A stretch of DNA of 64,000 nucleotides from Tubiluchus corallicola (lineage: Eukaryota > Animalia > Priapulida): NCBI GenBank assembly GCA_030141605.1, contig JAQGDQ010001072.1, forward strand, positions 1 to 64,000. Direction: 5' to 3'. The notes under the pieces were generated by a model. The model was not told the DNA's origin. It was given only the letters and a program-made list of their open reading frames with translations, and searched no databases. The position numbers and the translations under genes are program-made. Positions 55,216-64,000 of the stretch are shown here, one piece after another (within the stretch, counting starts at the first letter, position 1; the number at the start of each line of letters is the position of its first letter).

Positions 55216-55389
55216 CTAAATCGGCAGCGTGTTACGCGGGTCCCATCTTCTTCCTGTTCTTCCTGCCGTATCTCTACCTCCATCAGATGGATGACGCCCC
55301 GACTTTGCGGCAGAAGCTTGGCTTCAGTGTGGCGTTGAACACGGCCATGGCACTTGGAGCTGAGGTTATTGGGCTCCTAGAAGGACAAG
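55216..55389 (+). CDS. ABCA3: ABCA3-like exon 8 (TM5)
   Basis: AKSAACYAGPIFFLFFLPY...NTAMALGAEVIGLLEGQG; phase 1-1. Confidence 0.93.
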
Positions 55390-55674
55390 GTGAGTTAAAG
55401 TCAAACTCCAACTGCAGAACACTATGCGTATTCTATTTGTGTGCTTGCAAAGCAAAACTGTCCAAAAGTCGGCATAGTTGAAACTGCATTATGATGCTTC
55501 AAAGTAGAGCACACCAAAAATTTGTTCAAATGTTAATCTTTTTGTTTTTTTATAAATGGCTGAATGACACCTGAAGCAGCAGCACCACTAATTTTAGCCA
55601 TGTGCCACCACTGTGAATAATACAAATTTGTTAAACTGTGCAACTAAAATGTGGGTGTTTCTTTTTCTTGACAG

Positions 55675-55856
55675 GCTCCGGAGCTCAGTGGAATAACTTT
55701 GCGCAGCCGACGTCGGCAAGTGACGACTTCACCATGTTTTTGGCCGTCTGCATGATGCTAGTAGATGCTATAATTTACGCTCTGATCACCTGGTACGTGG
55801 AGGGAATATTTCCGGGAGAGTTTGGCGTGCCGCTTCCGATATACTTCCCGTTTTCG
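55675..55856 (+). CDS. ABCA3: ABCA3-like exon 9 (TM6)
   Basis: GAQW...MMLVDAIIYALITWYVEGIFPGEFGVPLPIYFPF; phase 1-0. Confidence 0.95.
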
Positions 55857-56346
55857 GTAAATCTTCTTCTGTCGAGATAAAAAAGTTTGCAACTGCGGGG
55901 GCTTTGCTAAGAAGCAGTGTTGCTTAACTTCGTCACTGAACACATATCGTGACGTCTCAGCTATTTGCACATAGCGTTGCATTTTGATTCCTTTGTCAGC
56001 TTGAGCCCTACTAACTGTTGTTGTGACAAGGCTGTAACCAAGCTCATTGTCAAAATATATCCCTTTAAGGGGAACCACTGAACCACCCGTGGTGCCTAGT
56101 TCGCGTGTGTCCATTCTTTTTGTATGAGGTAAATGACCAGAATCAGTATGATAAATGAAACTGACCACAGTGAGAGCTGAACTCAAGCTGTTGTGAATCA
56201 TTTACCGACTCTCTTCGGTCTTGATTGATTTCGGTAACGAAGCACATGTTATCGTCACCACCTGGCTGTTCAGCCCTCCTCGTTTGCTAAGATAAACACA
56301 AACAAGCAAATCCCGTCTTTTCATAAAGTTTGTCTATGTTTTTCAG

Positions 56347-56484
56347 CCGTCTTATTGGTTGCCGCGTTTGAATCACAGAAGCTGTGCACTGAGCGAAAAC
56401 GCATCGTTTGAAACACGGAGTAGTTTTTGCGAAAATCCGCCCAGCTACCTTCGGCCCGGGATAAAGATCAGGGGATTTTGTAAG
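56347..56484 (+). CDS. ABCA3: ABCA3-like exon 10
   Basis: PSYW...FCENPPSYLRPGIKIRGFCK; phase 0-0. Confidence 0.9.
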
Positions 56485-57681
56485 GTGAACTTTTTCAACA
56501 TTGTACAAAACATCGCCTATGAATTACAGCTTTTTTCCTTGGGACTCTTATCTATGGAACTCATTACACCACCTATGAATTACAGCTTTTTTCCTTGGAA
56601 CTCTTATCTATGGAACTCATTACCGTCATTACTAACACGTTCTTTTTTTGATAAATATTCAACTCCGATTATGGCAATGGTTGTGGCAGTCCCCGAACCT
56701 AGCTCATTGCCACTAGGTTTGCTCTAGTAAGAAGTGTTGGATTGAAAGAAGGCTGCATGCAAATGCGTATTTGTCCAACTTCAACAAAAGAAATAGCATA
56801 CCTAGATAGGAGAAACTAGTCAGAACTAGTTTTCTTGGCATTCACCCATCCATATGCTAACCAGGCCTGGCATTGCATATCTTTGGTTGCTAAGTGTACT
56901 GTCATGGCCGTTCCCTTAAAAGTGCAAGTCATTATTGTTGTGCTTATTAAAACAATTGAGGTTAATAATAAGCCTTTCGACAAGTCCAGCGATTGATGAT
57001 GATCATATCGTGAAAAGGTTAAAGGTTAATTGTACTAAACAATGCATTTGTGTACACTTGACAACGCCTGCCATCCATGCTATTGTAATAGTAACAATTT
57101 TAACAGCTAGCTAAAATCTTACCTAGTTCACTATTTCTTGTTTGCAAGCAAGATCCTGCTAGTCAATCACTCTATGCACTAATGCATAATTAAGTAGAGT
57201 TCACATAAAACAACTGACGTTTCTGAACTGATGTGGTACATGGCCTTGCTTTACCCACACGTGATGTGACGGTTGTAGTTAATACGCTTTGCTGTGGTAC
57301 ACTTAACCTTCGACCTACAGCAACTGTGCTTGTGCACTACAAAACTGCGAAAAGGCTTATTTGCAGGAAAACGGTGTGTAGGTAATGATGGTAATGAGTT
57401 CCAAAGAAGTGAATTTCGGGGGGAAAAGCGATGATCTATAAGTGCTCGGTGTTTTGCATCTAGAAGGACGGTGTCTGATGTCGATGATGTATAATTTTAG
57501 ATGCAAATTGAATTCGAACAAAAAAGAACAGGATCGAATCAAATACGAAAGTTCCATGCTCACCTCTAGTATATATTAAGTATATATTTTATACATTATT
57601 TTATATGTTAAAACGCTATTATCATACAACACAGTAGGTAAAATATGAAATATACTGATGCAAACTGTTTAATTTTCTTAC

Positions 57682-60600
57682 AGACCTTTTATGCTCATCG
57701 AGCAGTTCTTGTTGCACATATTCTTCATCTTCTTGTAACGGTGCATCAGTTAGAGCATGCGGCAGTTCTTGTTGCACATCATCTTCATCTTCTTGTAACG
57801 GTGCATCAGTTAGAGCATGCGGCAGTTCTTGTTGCACATATTGTTCATCTTCTTGTAACGGTGCATCAGTTAGAGCACGCGGCAGTTCTTGTTGCACATC
57901 ATCTTCATCTTCTTGTAACTGTGCATCAGTTAGAGCATGCGGCAGTTCTTGTTGCACATCATCTTCATCTTCTTGTAACGGTACATCAGTTAGAGCACGC
58001 GGCAGTTCTTGTTGCACATCATCTTCATCTTCTTGTAACTGTGCATCAGTTAGAGCATGCGGCAGTTCTTGTTGCACATATTCTTCATCTTCTTGTAACG
58101 GTGCATCAGTTAGAGCATGCGGCAGTTCTTGTTGCACATATTCTTCATCTTCTTGTAACGGTGCATCAGTTAGAGCATGCGGCAGTTCTTGTTGCACATC
58201 ATCTTCATCTTCTTGTAACGGTGCATCAGTTAGAGCATGCGGCAGTTCTTGTTGCACATATTGTTCATCTTCTTGTAACGGTGCATCAGTTAGAGCACGC
58301 GGCAGTTCTTGTTGCACATCATCTTCATCTTCTTGTAACTGTGCATCAGTTAGAGCATGCGGCAGTTCTTGTTGCACATCATCTTCATCTTCTTGTAACG
58401 GTGCATCAGTTAGAGCACGCGACAGTTCTTGTTGCACATCATCTTCATCTTCTTGTAACGGTGCATCAGTTAGAGCACGCGGCAGTTCTTGTTGCACATC
58501 ATCTTCATCTTCTTGTAACGGTGCATCAGTTAGAGCATGCGGCAGTTCTTGTTGCACATATTCTTCATCTTCTTGTAACGGTGCATCAGTTAGAGCATGC
58601 GGCAGTTCTTGTTGTACATCATCTTCATCTTCTTGTAATGGTACATCAGTTAGAGCATGCGGCAGTTCTTGTTGCACATCATCTTCATCTTCTTGTAACG
58701 GTGCATCAGTTAGAGCATGTGGCAGTTCTTGTTGCACATCATCTTCATCTTCTTGTAACGGTGCATCAGTTAGAGCATGCGGCAGTTCTTGTTGCACATC
58801 ATCTTCATCTTCTTGTAACGGTGCATCAGTTAGAGCACGCGGCAGTTCTTGTTGCACATCATCTTCATCTTGTAACGGTGCATCAGTTAGAGCATGCGGC
58901 AGTTCTTGTTGCACATCATCTTCATCTTCTTGTAACGGTGCATCAGTTAGAGCATGCGGCAGTTCTTGTTGCACATCATCTTCATCTTGTAACTGTGCAT
59001 TCAGTTAGAGCACGTGGCAGTTCTTGCTGCACATATTCTTCATCTTCTTGTAACGGTACATCAGTTAGAGCACGCGGCAGTTCTTGTTGCACATCATCTT
59101 CATCTTCTTGTAACGGTGCATCAGTTAGAGCACGCGGCAGTTCTTGCTGCACATATTCTTCATCTTCTTGTAACGGTGCATCAGTTAGAGCACGCGGCAG
59201 TTCTTGTTGCACATCATCTTCATCTTCTTGTAACGGTGCATCAGTTAGAGCATGCGGCAGTTCTTGTTGCACATCATCTTCATCTTCTTGTAACGGTGCA
59301 TCAGTTAGAGCACGCGGCAGTTCTTGTTGCACATCATCTTCATCTTCTTGTAACGGTGCATCAGTTAGAGCATGCGGCAGTTCTTGTTGCACATCATCTT
59401 CATCTTCTTGTAACGGTGCATCAGTTAGAGCACACAGCAGTTCTTGTTGCACATCATCTTCATCTTCTTGTAACGGTGCATCAGTTAGAGCATGCGGCAG
59501 TTCTTGTTGCACATCATCTTCATCTTCTTGTAACGGTGCATCAGTTAGAGCACGCGGCAGTTCTTGTTGCACATCATCTTCATCTTCTTGTAACGGTGCA
59601 TCAGTTAGAGCACGCGGCAGTTCTTGCTGCACATATTCTTCATCTTCTTGTAACGGTGCATCAGTTAGAGCACGCGGCAGTTCTTGTTGCACATATTCTT
59701 CATCTTCTTGTAACGGTGCATCAGTTAGAGCACGCGGCAGTTCTTGTTGCACATATTCTTCATCTTCTTGTAACGGTACATCAGTTAGAGCATGCGGCAG
59801 TTCTTGTTGCACATCATCTTCATCTTCTTGTAACGGTACATCAGTTAGAGCATGCGGCAGTTCTTGTTGCACATATTCTTCATCTTCTTGTAACGGTGCA
59901 TCAGTTAGAGCACGCGGCAGTTCTTGTTGCACATCATCTTCATCTTCTTGTAACGGTGCATCAGTTAGAGCACGCGGCAGTTCTTGTTGCACATATAGTT
60001 CATCTTCTTGTAACTGTGCATCAGTTAGAGCATGCGGCAGTTCTTGTTGCACATCATCTTCATCTTCTTGTAACGGTGCATCAGTTAGAGCACGCGGCAG
60101 TTCTTGTTGCACATATAGTTCATCTTCTTGTAACGGTACATCAGTTAGAGCATGCGGCAGTTCTTGTTGCACATCATCTTCATCTTCTTGTAATGGTGCA
60201 TCAGTTAGAGCACGCGGCAGTTCTTGTTGCACATATAGTTCATCTTCTTGTAACGGTGCATCAGTTAGAGCACGCGGCAGTTCTTGTTGCACATCTTCTT
60301 CATCTTCTTGTAACGGTGCATCAGTTAGAGCATGCGGCAGTTCTTGTTGCACATATAGTTCATCTTCTTGTAACGGTGCATCAGTTAGAGCACGCGGCAG
60401 TTCTTGTTGCACATCATCTTCATCTTCTTGTAACGGTGCATAAGTTAGAGCATGCGGCAGTTCTTGTTGCACATATTGTTCATCTTCTTGTAACGGTGCA
60501 TCAGTTAGAGCATGCGGCAGTTCTTGTTGCACATATTCTTCATCTTCTTGTAACGGTGCATCAGTTAGAGCATGCGGCAGTTCTTGTTGCACATCATCTT

Positions 60601-62201
60601 CATCTTCTCGTAACGGTGCATCAGTTAGAGCACGTGGCAGTTCTTGTTGCACATCATCTTCATCTTCTCGTAACGGTACATCAGTTAGAGCATGCGGCAG
60701 TTCTTGTTGCACATCATCTTCATCTTCTCGTAACGGTACATCAGTTAGAGCATGCGGCAGTTCTTGTTGCATATCATCTTCATCTTCTTGTAACGGTGCA
60801 TCAGTTAGAGCACGCGGCAGTTCTTGTCGCACATCATCTTCATCTTCTTGTAACGGTGCATCAGTTAGAGCATGCGGCAGTTCTTGTTGCACATCATCTT
60901 CATCTTCTTGTAACGGTACATCAGTTAGAGCATGCGGCAGTTCATGTTGCACATCATCTTCATCTTCTTGTAACGGTACATCAGTTAGAGCACGTGGCAG
61001 TTCTTGTTGCACATATTCTTCATCTTCTTGTAACGGTGCATCAGTTAGAGCACGCGGCAGTTCTTGTTGCACATATTCTTCATCTTCTTGTAACGGTACA
61101 TCAGTTAGAGCATGCGGCAGTTCTTGTTGCACATCATCTTCATCTTCTTGTAACGGTACATCAGTTAGAGCATGCGGCAGTTCTTGTTGCACATATTCTT
61201 CATCTTCTTGTAACGGTGCATCAGTTAGAGCACGCGGCAGTTCTTGTTGCACATATTCTTCATCTTCTTGTAACGGTACATCAGTTAGAGCATGCGGCAG
61301 TTCTTGTTGCACATCATCTTCATCTTCTTGTAACGGTACATCAGTTAGAGCATGCGGCAGTTCTTGTTGCACATATTCTTCATCTTCTTGTAACGGTGCA
61401 TCAGTTAGAGCATGCGGCAGTTCTTGTTGCACATCATCTTCATCTTCTTGTAATGGTGCATCAGTTAGAGCACGCGGCAGTTCTTGTTGCACATCATCTT
61501 CATCTTCTTGTAATGGTGCATCAGTTAGAGCACGCTGCAGTTCTTGTTGCACATCATCTTCATCTTCTTGTAACGGTACATCAGTTAGAGCATGCGGCAG
61601 TTCTTGTTGCACATATTCTTCATCTTCTTGTAACGGTGCATCAGTTAGAGCACTCTGCAGTTCTTGTTGCACATCATCTTCATCTTCTTGTAACGGTGCA
61701 TCAGTTAGAGCATGCGGCAGTTCTTGTTGCACATCATCTTCATCTTCTTGTAACGGTGCATCAGTTAGAGCATGCGGCAGTTCTTGTTGCACATCATCTT
61801 CATCTTCTTGTAACGGTGCATCAGTTAGAGCATGCGGCAGTTCATGTTGCACATCATCTTCATCTTCTTGTAACGGTACATCAGCTAGAGCACGCGGCAG
61901 TTCATTTGCCTGTTTAAATATCAATGTTAACATCACAGCCATTATTAAAACTTTTACCGGTTGGAAGAGGAAGATGCTCTCTATAACGCTGGTCAACATG
62001 GAATCTGTGCCGTCCATGGCATTGGAGATGCCACACTTCTTGAAAGATTTAATAGTGACCTCTGGCTTTACACCTTCCATGCCTTGAGAACCCAGCTGCA
62101 GCTTCTCCAAGGGTTGGCTTACTCCCATGTGTAAGAGACCCCCTATTTTTAAAGTGAAAATTCTGAGCAAAAAAGGGTCTCTTATACATGGGAAAATACG
62201 G
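57682..62201 (-). other. chimeric pogo end / pogo transposase / polycystin-1-like exon fragment with amplified acidic repeat, antisense in ABCA intron 10
   Basis: In order on the minus strand: TIR end 62118-62201; transposase C-terminus 62003-62117; SMLTSVIESIFLFQPVKVLIMAVMLTLIFK at 61907-62002; the repeat array; a GTAAGA donor at 57681-57676. Confidence 0.6.
57703..61906 (-). repeat. 60-bp coding-like tandem array, ~70 copies (ELPHALTDAPLQEDEDDVQQ)
   Basis: Exact 60-bp period apart from two in-frame 3-bp deletions and one 1-bp insertion near 59000. No unit carries a stop in the acidic frame. Confidence 0.97.
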
Positions 62202-62561
62202 TACTTCTTGACACAAGCACAATTTTTGATAGTCATAAAAATAAATTTTCGTGTAAATAATGGAACTGAAAATGAGGAGTATCTATATATTGGTACACTG
62301 AAGTACGTCAAATTGGGCGTTAATTTTCATGCGCGGTCATACAGAAATTATAATTTACATAACAAAAAACTAATAAATAAGTTTATTTATCATCATTACA
62401 ATCAAAAAGGTTGAATTACAGTACAAGTGGCAATATAAGAATTTTATAAGAAAAAAGCAAAGTGGAACATACAGTGACAAGCACTAATACACTATTAGAA
62501 GATACATGAACGAAATTAATTAAAATTAAATGAGAGAAAACTTAAGTTTGGAAATTAAATA

Positions 62562-63004
62562 CCGTATTTTCCCGTGTATAAGAGACCCTTGTGTATAAGA
62601 GACCCCTTCAATTTTTAGGCAAAAATTCTGGAAAAAAGTTTTTTGGTAATGAATAACTTTATTCATCATAGAAATCATTAAATTAAGCAGGGAGCTTATG
62701 CAGATGCGTTGATTGGCTGCAGAACAATCGATTTCTCTCCAATACCAAAGAGACATTTAAAAAAATAATAACTTACCCGGTACATTAATTTTATCATTAG
62801 AATTTAGCCATGGAGACGATTTATTGAAAGGAAACTATAATTATTCGAAATAAAACAGTTGTAGAGCACTTATTTCTTTAAAATCATTAGTGTCACAATT
62901 TATGCATCTTATTGAAAAGACTTACTCCCATGTATAAGAGACCCCCTATTTTTAAAGTGAAAATTCTGAGCAAAAAAGGGTCTCTTATACACGGGAAAAT
63001 ACGG
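62562..63004. mobile_element. pogo/Tigger-like MITE
   Basis: TA|CCGTATTTTCCCGTGTATAAGAGACCC ... GGGTCTCTTATACACGGGAAAATACGG|TA, a perfect TIR with TA TSD. Confidence 0.92.
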
Positions 63005-63862
63005 TAAGCCCGATGGGATAAAGCTGTTCTTGAATTTCTCTGTTCTGCATCTAGCTAAGGGGTATTCCAGATGGTGAAGAGTATTGTTGTATCTATGAGC
63101 ATGGCCATCTCACAGTAAAGTGTGGATTTTATCATTAGGATTTTTGAACAACTTTTTGCAAGAATTTTGGCGACGGTTAAATAAAGGTTGAAGAATAGCC
63201 AAAATTAGAGCATTTGCGTAGTTTCAATGAGCGATTTTGAACTGTTTCTAACAAATCAGAGAGATTTTGAGAGAGAGATGAGCACCATACCGGACAGAAG
63301 CATATTCAACAACTGGACTAATCACGGCGCAGTACATTTTTATCATATAATTAGAAGATGACCCAGCTCTTATCATTAGTCGCAAAAAATAAATTCTTTA
63401 CTCGCTTTAGCGTAAGTTGAATGGACATGGATGTTCTGTGTTAAATCTTTAGCTGGCCTAGTCACGGTGCAGTATATTTTTACCATATCATTAACAAATA
63501 ATAGTCTTTCTATCTTTTATATCATCTCATATATGAACTTCATTCATTACATCATTCCATTTTAGCACTAATTTTTTTATCACACGATTCACTTTAAATT
63601 TTCAGATTATTTCCATTACTTTTTTTTCTTTCACTGTGTGGGACAATCTAACAAGCCCTGCTTTTTGATTGCCCGCAACACATTTACCTTCGCATATAGG
63701 TGAACAGTGTTTGAGGCTTTTCCTGTTTTCCTATGGAGTATTTCTTATTTGTATTATGTTCATTGTAGGCCCTTTCAGTAGATATTGTACATGTGTAATG
63801 TGAAAAAATGACTTATGACTTATGAGGAGATGTGAAGGAATTTGTAAGTTTAATTTTTTTAG

Positions 63863-63980
63863 GCATTTGGTACAAAAGTAGCTGTCGCAAATCTGACGGT
63901 TAGTGCGCACGAAGGTCAGATTACTGTGCTGCTCGGGCACAACGGTGCAGGAAAATCAACGACAATGTGCATGCTCACAG
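63863..63980 (+). CDS. ABCA3: ABCA3-like exon 11 (NBD1 Walker A); the gene continues beyond the window
   Basis: [40 protein letters not shown], with canonical AG/GT sites. Confidence 0.96.
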
Positions 63981-64000
63981 GTTTGTCGTAGACGTAGGCA

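Noticed and set aside
57645-61917. 932-aa and 967-aa + strand His-rich ORFs (HAAVLVAHHLHLLVTVHQLE)
   Set aside because: They are antisense shadows of the 60-bp array. Only the minus frame connects to recognisable protein sequence.

Overview
AT-rich, intron-containing metazoan (probably marine invertebrate) genomic DNA; the taxon is an inference. Two host genes can be assembled by hand on the + strand. (1) A 3-exon gene (8497-15314) encodes a 217-aa secreted, Cys-free, Gly/Pro/Asn-rich protein with basic ends, reminiscent of shematrin-type matrix proteins. (2) Eleven coding exons (36563-63980) form the 5' part of an ABCA3-like transporter up to the NBD1 Walker A motif; the gene continues past the window. 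The rest is a dense mobile-element landscape: a frameshifted PHD-APE-RT CR1-group LINE, LINE fragments (Rex1/Babar-, L2-, RTE-, RTEX-like), a tRNA-derived MetaSINE-like element, hAT, Tc1/pogo and Kolobok-like MITEs, a Merlin transposase relic, and many micro/minisatellites, several traceable to transposon ends. The most unusual structure lies antisense in ABCA intron 10. It is a chimera of a pogo transposon end, a pogo transposase C-terminal fragment and a polycystin-1-like transmembrane exon fragment whose acidic tail is amplified into ~70 stop-free 60-bp repeats. There is no CRISPR array or prokaryotic system.
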